From positions 118,916,001 through 118,980,000 of the forward strand of contig OX597822.1 in NCBI GenBank assembly GCA_951406725.2: a stretch of DNA of 64,000 bases, written 5' to 3'. The DNA comes from Octopus vulgaris (lineage: Eukaryota). Numbering within the stretch: position 1 is the stretch's first letter; every line of letters begins with the position of its first letter. Both the position numbers and the translations under genes were made by a program. The notes beneath the pieces were generated by a model. That model did no database searches. It was given only the letters and a program-made list of their open reading frames with translations, and had not been told where the DNA came from. Below are positions 1-13,269 of this stretch, piece by piece.

Positions 1-922
1 AGGTAAGGCTCCTCGGTAGCACTGCCAAGCCAAAGACTTCTGGAAATTATCCAGGGTCTTCGGCCCGAATGTACGTTGGAACAGACTGGCCAGCTGATTA
101 TCGTCGAAACCTAGGGTTTCCCCTAGCGTATCATCGTTACCGGCCTCTACAAACCCTCTATAAAACACAGCGGTAGAACCACTGCCGCAGGCATTACCCG
201 AGCGACGGAATAGTCGGAGTGCCTTGCGACACTCCGTATACCACGTACCCAACTTCGATCTGCGATTATACCAGTCCTCCCGGCCACCGAAACTGGTGAA
301 CCTGGGGAACATCTGTTTCGCCAGCGGAGACCACACCCGTTCACTACCCAGATGGAGCCACAGATGACTTAGCCTCAGCGCATTTCTGCGCATCATTAGC
401 CACGGCATCCCTAGTCCACCCTGTAACGGTTTTTGACGGCAGACAGAGCGTCTCACTAGCGGTTTCGAGTCCTTCCACAAGAAGCGAAAGAGCTGTCTCT
501 CCAACTTGCTCAACCACGAATCTGGGCAAGGCACGACGGCAAGGCGGTAGGTGATCACCGATGCGATAAACACATTGGCTACCTCCGCCCTACCTTTCAA
601 GGATAACCACCGCCAAGACCAAATCTTGACTATTGCAGCCACCTTGCTCGATACCTCGCTCCAGTTCTTCTCTATTTGGAGGTCTGGACCGAACCAAACA
701 TCGAGCAACTTAATCGGGCCCTCCGTCCAACGTCCCCCGACGCTGTCTGGAGGCATCGACTTGCCTCTCCAGGTGCCGAATTGCAAGCCGACCGACTTTT
801 CACGATTAACTTTTGCTCCTGTCACCGTCTCGTAAACCTCTATGGCCTTGCCTACTTTACGTAGGTGGTCCACTTCAGTCACAATGATAGTGATGTCATC
901 CGCGTACGCCGAAACTGACATA

Positions 923-1735
923 TCACGTCCTGGTTGCCTCGGGATGCCGCTCAGTTTTTCGCAACAGCGGCTCAAGAGCCACTACATACAAAAGCGGGGA
1001 GAGCGGACATCCCTGGCGGACCGAGCGTTTGACTTTGAACGGCTTAGAAAGAAAGCCGTTCACCCGAACTACCGAGTCGACGTTGTCATACATTTCGATG
1101 ATCCACCTGAGGAAGCCAAGACCCAGGCCGAACTGAGCCAGAACGGACACCAGGTAGTGATGGTCGACCCTATCGAAAGCTTTTGACTGGTCTAAATGGA
1201 CCACTACCCCTCCCTTGCCGGGATCATTATTTATTCCCTCTAACGTGTATCTAATAAGATGGAGATTATCCTGAATGGCTCTGCCTGGTACGGCGCACGT
1301 TTGCGCTTTCCCAATCAGTCCATTCGCGACACGCACCAATCTGTTCGATAACACTTTGGCCAAAATCTTCAGCTCTGCGTTAAACAGAGTGATGGGCCTG
1401 AAATTATCTATTACATCCCCCTTGCTCTGGTCCTTCCTGATTAGCGTCACCACTCCCCGGCGCACAGATCTGGGAATAAACCCATTCTGCTGCCAGTTTG
1501 CGTAGACGTCCGTCAGTAAGTCCCCGAACAAGTCCGGCATACTTTTATAAAGCTCGTAGGGTAGACCATCCAGTCCCGGCGCCTTACCCGCACCGCAGTC
1601 CGCCATGGCCTCTATTACCTCCCCAGGTGTGATCGGCTCCTCACTACACTTCTCATCCTGCCCCGAGAGGCGCGGCAGCCCGTCGAGGAGGTCCGTAAGG
1701 CTCCTCCCCCTATCCGGTCCGCCGCTCCCCCCCAA
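923..1735 (-). pseudogene. Non-LTR reverse transcriptase (Tx1/L1), N-terminal two-thirds; the YADD motif follows in another frame near 890-910
   Basis: GKAPGLDGLPYELY, NFRPITLFN, LDQSKAFDRVDH, RQGCPLSPLLY. Confidence 0.93.
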
Positions 1736-2226
1736 AAAGCTGGGCGAAGTGGTCCTGAAAAGCTTGACACATCTCTTCGGGCTCGTCTGTCAACTTACCC
1801 TGTTGGTTCGCCAGAGATCGAATTGTAGCATCGTTGCCACGTTGGGCTTCCACTACTCGGGCCCATCCTGCAGCCTTGATTCCTTCGCTCCCCATTGTAC
1901 GTTGTCTAGCCCTGATAATGCAACCCATGTGTTTGGCTTCGAGGTGCTGGTTAAGAACCAGTCTCTTGACCTTCACCTGGTCTGCATTGCCAGTTCGCAT
2001 TGCTTCCTCTAAGTCCTTAACTAGTGTAGTTACCTTTCTAGCCTCTCTAGCTACAAGATTAGTACTATACCTAATGGACTCATATTTTATGGCTCGCTTA
2101 AGGGCATACCACCATTTGTTGTTACCAATGGAGCCGGTCAAGGCCCTCTGGATTATTAACCTAATCCTGTCCCTGTGCTCCTTAATCGCCAAAATGGACG
2201 TATTAAGTTTCCAGTAACCAGGACCT

Positions 2227-2940
2227 CTATTTATCTACGTCTAGCCTACAGGTGACCATCTTGTGGTCACTGTAGCTGACTATATGGAGTTGTGGACTCT
2301 TAACTAGGTTCTTATCTACCTTCCTAATTAATATCCTCTCTATGTATGACTTTAACGATCCGTCGCTATTTGACCACGTCCACAGTGGAGCGCCCGGATG
2401 TTCCAGTCTATATGGGTCTACCAGCTCAAAACGTCTTAGTAGATCCAGGAAGCAAGCATTTCCTTTTCTGTCTGTTCGCGAGCCTTCACAGTCTACCCGC
2501 ACATCGCAGATTGTGTTGAAGTCACCTAACATTACTACTGGGCACGATGTACTCAGAAACTTCTCCAGGTTCCGATAATAATCACTTTTCCCCTTACCGG
2601 GGGGAGCGTAAACCGCAACCAGCCTGATTGTCTTACGGCTACTGAACGTCAATTCAACGACGACCAGCCTACCTTCCGGATCTGTAAAAATCAACTTTTT
2701 CTCAGAGACCCGGTTCTTTTTCACCAGGACCAACACCCCGCTTCCGCTGCACGACGGGTTCGGAGAGATAATACTCTCGTAACCGTCAAACAGCGGGAGC
2801 AGATCTCTTGGCCCCTTTAACCGGGTTTCTGTGGCAACAACATCTAAATCCCGTGACCTGATGTCATTTAGGAGGCGCCCTTGCTTCCAGCTCGTCATCA
2901 GGCCACGCACATTCAAACACCCTACACAAATGTGAGACAT
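2227..2940 (-). pseudogene. L1-type apurinic endonuclease domain
   Basis: Motifs LNVRGL, ETR, GRLV, VAVYAP, LGDFN, WTW and SDHK. Confidence 0.92.
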
Positions 2941-3342
2941 TACTTACCTTATCAGTTTTTTCCTGCTCTGGTGGTCGTGGGGGGTGGGGGAAGTCCGCTT
3001 TAAATAATGACTCGTGTAAGTTGAGTCGCGGGCCCTTAATGTCCCCCGGGTACTCCTCTCTTATTATATTATAGTTCATTCTGTCAATCTTGAAAACCTC
3101 GACATTCTTGGGGAGTACCCTGTGTGTGTTGATGTTGTGTGCCGTTGGGACATTGTCCAGATATTTAGTTAGTCTGTCGTTTGCATTGTTTATAGCAATG
3201 TATACCGTCTCGAATTCTATTATTTTTTCCTCTTTTTGGGGGCTTTGTGGTGGTGATGGGGAGGAGATCGGGGAGTATGATATGGGGGAACCTGGGGAGG
3301 GGTTTGGGAGGGAAGGGAGTTGCTCGGGACTGGGGAGTGGGG

Positions 3343-4576
3343 TTAGCTTGTGTTGGGCTGGGGGGTCTTCTCTTTTTTCTCTTTTTGTGGGGGTGGGGTA
3401 GATTTCCCCCCCTGTATGTTGGATTTCTTTTTGTGTGTGTCTGGGTTGGGTGGGTTAGTATCAATGTTTTTCCTCTTTGGGTTTTTCCTTGGCCTCACCG
3501 GTGTGAAGGCATTTTCGTCCTCCTTTGTCTTTTCTTCCTCCATCTTCTTCTCTTCTTCTGTCGTTTTTTCTTCTTCCACTTTTTTCCGGGTAGAGTACTC
3601 CATACGAATGTGTCCCTTTTCGCCACATTCGTAGCATCGAGGCTTTCGCCCTTCCACTACCTTTCCTCGTCGAACTGGATGTTCTCTGGGATTTCTTCCA
3701 TCGTTTCTGGGGTTGCCTGTACTATTATATGCAGAGTTTGTCCTCTCCAATTTTCTCTTTTAATCTTCGTGATATTCACCACCCTTATCTTCTTCTCCAG
3801 CCCCATCATTAATGCTGGGAGCAACCACTTCACCTCAATTTCTGGTGGAATATCTTCGACCCTTATTTTGGCAGTTCTCCTCCCCAAATAGGAGGGTAAT
3901 AAAATTACCTCGCTTGTTTTAATTGGGGTCAAAGAATGTTTCTTTGCCATTTCTTCATCTCTAAACTATATCTCGATAGTGGCGTACTTTTGCCCCCAAT
4001 TTACATAATCTATGTCGGTCCATACCGACTGCAGACACTTCTCTGCTTGGTCCTTTGATATTTTCTCGATTTTTTTCTCTTTTGTTAAATAAGACTTGTA
4101 AATTACGACTCTTTTTTGCGTTTCTTCTCTTATTATTTGTGGGAGGGCTGCTTTAACCTTGTTCCCCTCCTTTGTAAACATTTTCTTGTAGTTCTCATAA
4201 TCTGCCTCCTCCATCTTGATCTCTTCCATTTTTCTCCCTGCAGCAGCTGCGAAATTGTATGTCTTCTCTTTTCCTTTAGAAGACGAACCTTCAATTCCTT
4301 TGGTTGCTCCATCAGAAGGTGAACTTTCGGCTACTTTACCTGTTTTTATACTTTTTTCCGCTTCAGCAACATTAGCTGTTTTTCCAGCAGGCGAACCTTC
4401 GTCGGCTTCAGCTTTTCCGCAGGCGAAACTTCGGCATCTTTAGTTTTTTCAACAGGCGAGCCTTCGACAATTTTCAATTTGGTAGACGAATCTATAACAT
4501 TTTCTTTTGAGGGTAAACCTCCGTTGGACATTTTTTCATCGAACATTTTCTCAGCTGAAAAAATGTTTTTGTTCAT
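3343..4576 (-). pseudogene. LINE ORF1 (gag-like) with a degenerate CCHC zinc knuckle, split by stops and frameshifts
   Basis: RCYECGEKGHIRMEY = CX2CX4HX4(C>Y); Lys/Glu-rich N-terminus; lies directly upstream of the APE ORF. Confidence 0.75.
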
Positions 4577-5299
4577 TTTTCAGAATTATGTGTTTTTTCC
4601 TTTTTTTTTTTTAAATTGTGTTACAACACGCAGTATTTCTGGTTCAAAACCAGTTAGAGTTCAGTATATCGACAAACAATTCTTAAACAAACGATATTAA
4701 CAAAATTTAAAACAGTACCTTGACTCATGTACCATACAAACGTACAAAGAACGTAAACAAGCGGCGGTTCACCCAAAAAAGTACTACATCGTTTTCGAGT
4801 ATCGAAGATTTTCTGAAGTACTTTCAAGAGGATTGCCTCGTTTAAATAAGAGATGAAATTTATTGAAAGGTTAACTTTAGTTAATCATGCAAATAATAGC
4901 CAATGGGAATATTCCATTCTCTACTATAAAAAAATAATTTAAGATTACAGGTTTGTGCATAAGTGTTCATTGGATCTAATGATCTAATTGGACCGTGTTT
5001 TCAAAAAGCTTTTATATTCTAAAAAATTATATTTTAAAGTTTAAGAAAATTATAAGACGCTAAATATTTATGCTTACAAATACTAAAATGTCTGTAATTT
5101 TTTTATATAGGGGTGAATAAATGAATTCTTGTGTCCCCTATTTCTAATTTTAAAATTAGTAGTACTTCCTATATAAATTTTCCTAAGTCCGGAGCGTTAA
5201 ACTAATAAACCTGTTTGCTGTTTACACACCCGTCTTCGTCTTTTGTTCGTTTCTTTTGTAAATTCCAAATATATAAGTATGTATGTGTATGCATATATG

Positions 5300-5388
<89 letters not shown>

Positions 5389-5452
5389 CGCAGACAGGAA
5401 CTGATACAAATTGATCGTATATATATGTATGTATATATGTAAGTGTATGTGT

Positions 5453-8187
5453 TTTGGTATTGGCAACATGAATGACAATGGCCAGAGACTACTTGAATTT
5501 TGCACATACCATAACCTGTGCATCACTAACACATTCTTTGCCAACAAGACATTCCACAAGGCATCTTGGAGACATCCAAGATCTCACCACTGGCATCAGC
5601 TGGATCTCATCATTGCACAAAGATCCTTTCTGAATTCTGTTCAACTGACTCGTAGTTACCACAGCGCGGATTGTGACACAGATCATTCACTAATAAGAAG
5701 CAGGGTGAGGATTCTGCATAAAAAGTCCATCACTCCGAGAAAATGGCCCGATTACGCATTAACACTGCCAGAACCTCCGACACTACACTGCGACAATGTT
5801 TTGCTGTTTCTATCAAAGTTGCCCTCAGTAGCTGTCCAACCACCTCTGCTGAAAGTAGGTGAAATTATATCAGGGAAGCTTTGTATACCACATCAATAGA
5901 TCCTTTCAGCATGAGAGAAAGGCAAAACCCAGATTTTGTTCAGTGCTGGGCTCTCAGTGCTGGAAACAGTTATCGAAACAAAGCGTGCAGCTCTGATGTA
6001 ATACAAGAGTGATTCTTCTATAAAGTCACCCGAAGAACTCAGAAAGGCAAAAAATAAAACCCAACTGACTGCCAGACGCTGTGCAAATAGGTATTGGCAG
6101 GAAATCTATCAGAGTATCCAGTCAGCTGCTGACAGTGGTGACACCCGTGGGATGTATGCCGGTTTGAAGAAGGCCCTCGGTCCATCCGCAACCAAGTCAG
6201 CCCCTTTGAAATCAACTACTGGGGATCTCATCAAGTACCAAAGCAAGCAAATGGATACATGGGTGGAGTACTACCAGGATCTCTACTCACGAGATACCAC
6301 GGTAGCTGAGACTGCAATCGAGGGTGTCAAGATCTTGCCAGTCATGTGTGAACTTGACAGTCTGCCATCTATAGCAGAGCTCACCAAGGCTATTGACTCC
6401 CTAGTAAGTAACAAGGCTCCGGGAAAAGACGGCACCCCCTTAGAGATAATCAAAACCGGCAAAAACATCATCCTGCTTCGGCACATTCATGAGCTTCTGT
6501 GTCAGTGCTGGGAAGAGGGTACATTCCCTCAGGATATGTGGGATGCTAACATCATTACGCTTTACAAAAACAAAGGTGACCGTGGTGATTGTAACAATTA
6601 CCGTGGAATATCTCTTCTAAGCACTGCTGGAAAGGCCTCTGCTCGCATTATCCCGTCCAGGCTGCAACTGCTTGCTTCTCGAATTTATCCAGAATCGCAG
6701 TGTGGTTTTAGAAGAAGCAGATCAACTATCGATATGATACTCTCCATACGCCAACTTCAGGAGAAGTCCAGAGAGCAGAGAATGCCATTATATATGGCCT
6801 TCATTGATCTGACAAAGGCCTTTGACTTGGTAAGTAGAAAAGGCCTCTTCATCCTGCTCCAAAAAATCGGATGTCCACCAAAGCTGCTGAGGATCAGCAC
6901 ATCTTTCCATGATGATATGCAAGGCACCATACAGCACAATGGTTCAACATCAGCCGCCTTCCAAATAACAAATGGTGTAAAGCAAGGTTGTGTCCTTGCT
7001 CCTACATTATTTGGCATCTTCTTCTCGCTGCTGCTGTCACATGCCTTTGTGACATCAGATGATGGAGTGTTTCTGCAAAGTAGAAGTGATGGGAAACTGT
7101 TCAATCTCTCGCGTCTGCGTGCCAAGACCAAAATCAGAAGCGTCCTGGTCAAGGAGATGCTATTTGCTGATGATGCCGCTCTGGTATCACACACAGAAGT
7201 AGCCCTACAAAGGCTCATCAACTGTTTTGAGCAAGCATGTGGCAACTATAGCTTATTTATCAGCCTCAAGAAGACCAACATCATGGGTCAGGCTACATTA
7301 ACCATCCCAAACATACATATTGGAGACCACAGACTACAGGAGGTGGAGAAGTTTACCTATCTTGGCTCTACCGTCACCTACAACCTATCCCTTGATACTG
7401 AGCTCAATATACGTATTGGCAAGGCAGCTGCTGTGATGGCCCAACTCTCCAAACGGGCATGGGACAACAATAAGCTGACCAAGACCACAAAAATGAAGAT
7501 TTACCAGGCATGTGTACTTAGCACTCTACTGTATGGAAGTGAGACTTGGACGCCATACACACGCCATACGACGCCATACGTCGCCTAAATATCTTTCACC
7601 TGCGCCGCCCCCGGAAATTCCTTCGCATCAAATGGCAGAATCATATCCCCAACAAAGATGTCCTCAAGCAAGCAGGAATACCAAGCATGTTTGCACTCCT
7701 CACACAAAGACGTATGAGATGGCTTGGACATGTTAGCCGCATGGAAGATGGCAGAATCCCCAAGGACATACTCAACGGAGAGCTTGCTAGGGACACTAGG
7801 TCTGTGGGAAGACCGTTCTTACGATACAAGGATGTTTGCAAAAGGGACATGAATGCCTGCAACATCAATATTACCAACTGGGAAGCAGTTGCCAGCAACC
7901 GTGGAGATTGGCGACGTACCGTAAAAGAGGGAACACAAAGGAGTGACATAGAGGGAGGGGAGAAATGGAAAGACAAGAAAAGACGTCAACAAGAAAGTAT
8001 GACATTACAACCAGCCAGGCAAAGTCTTCGCTACAATTGCGGCACCTGCCAGGGGGAGTGTTTCTCCAGGATAGGACTACACAGCCACAGCAGGAGATGT
8101 ATTAGGACATGAAATGTAAAAGCCGGACTAGATTATTTTATGCGCAACTCCATTGTCTCCTGAGACAAAAAGGATGCTAACAACAAT
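5453..8187 (+). mobile_element. RTE-clade (BovB-like) LINE, 5'-truncated and disrupted
   Basis: APE C-half (NDNGQRLLEFC, SWRHPRSHHWHQLD, CDTDH); RT 6152-7588 (NYRGISLLS, FIDLTKAFD, GVKQGCVLAP, LFADD, LLYGSETW); frameshifted C-terminus with C2H2-like CGTC..HSHSRRC; 3' UTR ending ggatgctaacaacaat. Confidence 0.95.
6152..7588 (+). pseudogene. RTE reverse transcriptase ORF (478 aa open stretch)
   Basis: All core RT motifs present; frameshift near 7560-7590 into ORF 7546-8112. Confidence 0.93.
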
Positions 8188-8464
8188 ATATGTGGATTTC
8201 GTAGACAGGAACTGAAACAAATCAATCGTATATATATGTATATATGTAAGTGTATGTGTGTGTCTTTGTGTCTGTGTTTCGCCCTCATCACTGCTTCACA
8301 ACTGCTGTTCATTTATTTACATCCACAAAACTTAATGGTTTCACAAGAACAAACTAATAGAATAAGTACTAGGCTTATCAACATAAAAAAGCACTAGGCT
8401 GTGTCTCATATTTTTGTTTGCCCACTTAGTTGTATCTATCAATTTATCTTTGTGTGCGTGTGTA

Positions 8465-8546
<82 letters not shown>

Positions 8547-8551
<5 letters not shown>

Positions 8552-9619
8552 ATATATATATATATATATATAACACCCGAATGGGAGCCTTAACTCCCAA
8601 ATTTTAGTCATTTCTTTTATGATCCAAAACTAGATCAAAAGTACTGAATGGATCTTTATGAAATTTGGAAATTATATTCCAAGCATAAGGGCCATAACCC
8701 CCATGACAATTCATATATTTTTGGTGTTGATGAAATTTTAACCATAGATATTAGACACAAGTGAAGTAATATTTATAAAATTTCATCTTACAAAGTTAGA
8801 AAGACCCCTCCATGGGGACTTAACATCCACAATTTTGTCATTTTATCTAAGCAAAAACGAATACAGTTGTGCTCTTGGAAGCTGTAGGGTTACCCGAGCA
8901 TAAAAGTTGGGCATTATTTCTAATTCAATGGTACAACAGTGTAACAGTTTGCTTTGACATACACTTACATTGTTATTTCTGCAATGTGCTGCATAAATTG
9001 TCAAGTAAATGAGAGGCATCTTTGCCTCCACTGATTCAGTTGCAAAGTGTTGAGTGAAGTTATTTGATTGCAGACCTCCTTTCAATCTTTTTATTATCAC
9101 TCGGTCACACATAGTCCCCAGATGGTAACATTGATTACAAGGCCTTCCCAGATGAGTGACTGGTTATTCAAAGACTTTTATAGATTTTAAATTCATGCTG
9201 TCCAGTTACGTATCAGTATAGTGGTCATTTGCAAACTCCAGAGGTGACACTTTAATTTTTCCTAAGTCCTCACGTCACACAGTTGTTAATGTTGATTTCA
9301 GTTGGGTCACGCCCTTCCAATTGCTATAGATTCGTAATGCATCTTACGGCTGTGCCTGTCACCTGGATGGTGAGGAATCCTACATTCTGAGTGGTAACCA
9401 CTAGGGTAGGGTAACTGACTGCTTATTGTGGTCATTCGTCTTTTGGTTTCCATGTGGCACGATTACAATTTTTTTAGGGTGTGTAAAGAGGGAAATAACC
9501 CTCATCTGCAATTTTGATGAAATTCGAAACATAGATATTCCAGTTCATTCAGAAAATATAACAGAAAAGTCTAATTCTTCAATTGTATGTAACCGGGCAA
9601 CGCCGGGTATCTCTGCTAG
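8547..9619 (+). mobile_element. Putative non-autonomous Helitron
   Basis: TC(TA)n-type start; 3' hairpin ccgggcaacgccggg then CTAG|T at 9616-9620, matching the 3' end of the 22412 family; 5' boundary lies in a microsatellite and is uncertain. Confidence 0.6.
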
Positions 9620-9625
9620 TATATA

Positions 9626-9715
<90 letters not shown>

Positions 9716-10047
9716 TACACACACGCGTGGTTTCGTAATCCACTTCTAAATATATCTACAATCATTGTAGCCAGTTCAAAAGTAAGAATAGTAACAGATT
9801 GAGATACACACGCGTACGCACACACACATACACGTATTGTTCGTGTATATCGTAATGTGGATATACCGTTAGAAAGCCACAAAACTGCGGTATTCGCCTT
9901 GAGAAAGCATCTTGTATAGCTGTAGTTCTGTGTCTTGATCACTCACCAAATTTCACTTCAAAGAATTGTATAAGCTATCATATATTTCTTTTTTGACCAC
10001 AGTAGGATAAACATAGAGGGGACAAACAAGGACAGACAAAGTGATTA

Positions 10048-10959
10048 CCGAAAATGCTCGTGTATAATCCGCATTTTTTCCCCAAAATTTAAAGATCAAA
10101 ATCCCTAGTGCGTACTATATACTCTTTTACTCTTTTACTTGTTTCAGTCATTTGACTGGAGCACCGCCTTTAGTCGAGCAAATCGACCCCGGGACTTATT
10201 CTTTGTAAGCCCAGTACTTATTCTATCGGTCTCTTTTGCCGAACCGCTAAGTGACGGGGACGTAAACACACCAGCATCGGTTGTCAAGCAATGCTAGGGG
10301 GACAAACACAGACACACAAACATATACATACACACTTATACATATATACATATATACTACAGTCTTCTTTCAGTTTCCGTCTACCAAATCCACTCACAAG
10401 GCATTGGTCGGCCCGGGGCTATAGCAGAAGGCACTTGCCCAAGATGCCACGCAGTGGGACTGAACCCGGAACCATGTGGTTGGTTAGCAAGCTACTTACC
10501 ACACAACCACTCCTGCGCCTACGAGGTTAAAAATGAAAATTATTTTCTAAGCAATGTCCGAGTCTCTATTTGCTGTCCGGCAATATTTATTCAGACGCAT
10601 TTTGTGTTGTAGGGCGCGAAAATACCTTAAGCTAAGCCTGAAAGCTATGAAGTCATAAAAGAATCATCCATAACTTGCAGTAAGCAACATTTATTAAACG
10701 TTATTACTGTTATTTCTTTATTTTCTGCAAACAAAATGCACAAAAAAGCTACATGTTTGTATTATGTTATATATACAATAATAATAAAGGACGTTACCGT
10801 ATACATTTTTACAAACCAAGGACGTTATATAGACCTCCTTGACTCAAGTTAGAGAAGAGGTGCGTATTATACACGCGGTTTAGGGTTTTCAGAGGTACAG
10901 CCCCCTAAAAATCCCCTGCGTATTAAACTCAAGGGCGGGCTATACACGAGGATTTACGG
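10048..10959. mobile_element. Non-autonomous Tc1/mariner-superfamily (pogo/Tc2-like) DNA transposon
   Basis: TIRs ccgaaaatgctcgtgtataatccgc / gcgggctatacacgaggatttacgg, with TA duplicated on both sides. Confidence 0.85.
10122..10519 (-). mobile_element. tRNA-derived SINE family A, full length, nested in the MITE
   Basis: Pol III A/B-box head (tggttgtgtggt, ggttcagtcc), internal (TA/TG) tract, (taaaagag)n tail; related copies at 14134 and 42918. Confidence 0.9.
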
Positions 10960-11108
10960 TAAGTCGATTACACCGACTCCAGTGCGTAACTGGTACTTAT
11001 TTAATCAACCCCCGAAAGGATGAAAGGCAAAGTCGACTTCGGCGGAATTTGAACTCAGAACGTAACGGCAGACGAAAACCCACTAAGTATTTCGTCCCGC
11101 GTGCTAAA

Positions 11109-11320
11109 GGCGGCGAGCTGGCAGAATCATTAGCACTCCGGACAAACTGCTTAGCTGACCATTTTGTCTGTCTTTACCTTCGGAGTTCAAATACTACTGA
11201 AGTTGGCTTTGCCTTTCATCCTTTCGAAATCGATAAAATAAGTTCCAATTGAACTCTGTAGTCGATATAATCGACTTACTCCTACCCTAAGACTGCTGGC
11301 ATTGTGCCAAAATTCGAAAT
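11109..11320 (+). mobile_element. SINE family B
   Basis: Head ggcggcgagctggcagaatc; core gcctttcatcctttcg..gataaaataagt. Confidence 0.8.
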
Positions 11321-11926
11321 CATTATTAAATCGTAAATGAAAGGAAATGCAACCGTTTCTTTCTTTTCTTCTTCTTTTTTTTTTCTATATTTTTAAATGA
11401 TTCGGATGATTCTTCTGCGAATGAATTGTTTCGGTTTCAACAAATGATCTTAGGTCAAATCATTCTTAGTGTCCCAATTGCTCATTGAGCCGGAACCAGT
11501 GTCAGACCGTCAGCCGTACGCTACACAACAAGCCTGACCGATTATTGCACTATCTGTTCATGAAGCAGATCACGTAACGACTCATGTATTCGTTAAGTGA
11601 TGTTCATCACTTGCTGGATTGAGGGCCTCATTTTGCGGAACCTGTCAACGAGTGAGCGGCGTAATACCCACACGCAACACATACGCACACATGTATATAC
11701 AGCGTATACACACATAGTACCGTAGGTGTCGTATTTCACTGCATTCGATTCATCACTACCTGGGAGTGTGCAGTATGATCTTCAGCAAGGTGGAAGTGTG
11801 ATATATCTGAGGGTCAACAATATATGTGGTTCCCTGCGTACCATAGGTCTACTCATTCAGATCTGACCTGAGGCTATATTACAACACAAAACGAGAACGA
11901 ACGCATACGTTCGCTCGTCTACTGCC

Positions 11927-11991
<65 letters not shown>

Positions 11992-12004
11992 TTACACAGA
12001 CACA

Positions 12005-12046
<42 letters not shown>

Positions 12047-12187
12047 ACTTGTACAAGGAAACGGTTGACTATCTGACGAAGGTAACCAGGCCAAAACATT
12101 TGATTGTGAAAGTTTAATATCTACTCATCAAAATGTTTAAAAAGTACTCTGCTAAAAAAGTATTGGGTAATCCTCCTTTTTAGTTTT

Positions 12188-12264
<77 letters not shown>

Positions 12265-12289
12265 TGTGTGTGTGAACAATCATATTTAG

Positions 12290-12465
12290 CACGTTTGTCT
12301 ACCCTCGGATGTGGGAAGACCTGTCGCTGCGGAAATACTCCTCAAAAACAATTTGTGAGAAATCACATCATTGGGCTATAAACGACGTATTCGGATCGTT
12401 GGTCGCATGCGTTACTGCATCGTTATGCTTCGTCAGCTACGATATCGAATCAACCGTGAAACATT
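12290..12465 (+). pseudogene. Possible very degenerate processed pseudogene of ribosomal protein L37
   Basis: KRRIRIVGRMRY..LRQLRYRINRE resembles eL37 KRR.TTGTGRMR....RRFRNGFRE; upstream tgtggg and tgcgga (CG pairs) sit where the zinc-finger CG motifs would be. Confidence 0.3.
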
Positions 12466-12804
12466 TGTTTCTATTTTGATCTTTACATTTCATAACTTAC
12501 TGATATCACACACCTCTGCCCTCTCTCTTTTCCATTCACCAATTAACGATGGCCAATAATGTGTTTCAATTAATTATGCTTTAGTTTCTTCAGTCTTTAC
12601 ATTTGGGTGTTCGGATGATACATATTCTCTTTTCTACACTGCGTGTTTCGAATAGCATAGACTAAAAAGTAAATATTGCCATGCGTTTAATCTGTCTCAA
12701 TCCTAATTCACGATTTAAAAAATCGATATATATAAAAGGAATGATTTATAATTCCTGTATTCCATAGCAAACTGGATAGGCAATTGTTAATATTATTTAT
12801 GTTT

Positions 12805-13060
12805 AGCGGCATTCGTTGAGCACTGAGGTCGATGTAACCTACTTACCCCCTAATCCAATTTGCTGGCTTTGTGCCAAAGTTTGAAACCAATTACCGGCAT
12901 TTCGTCCATCTTTACGGTCTAAGTTCCTCCGAGATTAACTTTGCTTTCCATCCTTTCGGGGTGGATAAAACAAGTACCACTTGAGCACTGGGGGGTCGAT
13001 GTAATCGACTATCTCCATCCCCTAAATTGCTGGCCTTGTGCCAAAATTTGAAACCAATAT
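12805..13060 (+). mobile_element. SINE family B fragments (tandem 3' halves)
   Basis: ttgagcactg..gtcgatgtaa..gctggc.ttgtgccaaa.tttgaaaccaat occurs twice. Confidence 0.7.
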
Positions 13061-13269
13061 TATTTCTTTCCATAAAATAAAACAATCATTTAAATATCTT
13101 CTGCAATTTTCTTTCAAATAATCGTAAAACTGGTTTTGATATTTTTACCTGGATTTTCCACATATTTTTATCTCAAGACCCCACCCCATCACTAAATTTA
13201 TACATATTGAGACTATTCTATTTTGTGTTTTTTTTCTATAGACTGCTTGGTCAAAACTATTTTAAAATG

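Larger units (their letters stand above)
1..4576 (-). mobile_element. Tx1/L1-clade non-LTR retrotransposon, near full-length but frameshifted; runs off the window start
   Basis: Minus-strand order: ORF1 pieces (4346-4576, 3966-4229, 3657-3950, 3343-3750), AP endonuclease 2227-2940, linker 1710-2192, RT 923-1735, then C-terminal pieces down to position 1 (FQKSLAWQCYRGALP). Confidence 0.92.
9985..11105 (-). mobile_element. tRNA-derived SINE family B, split at a TA by a DNA transposon (pieces 9985-10047 and 10960-11105)
   Basis: Rejoined sequence gacagacaaagtgatTAagtcgattacac matches the uninterrupted copy at 46488-46718. Confidence 0.85.

Noticed and set aside
551-2578. Plus-strand ORFs overlapping the Tx1 element
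   Set aside because: Antisense shadows of GC-richer LINE coding sequence.
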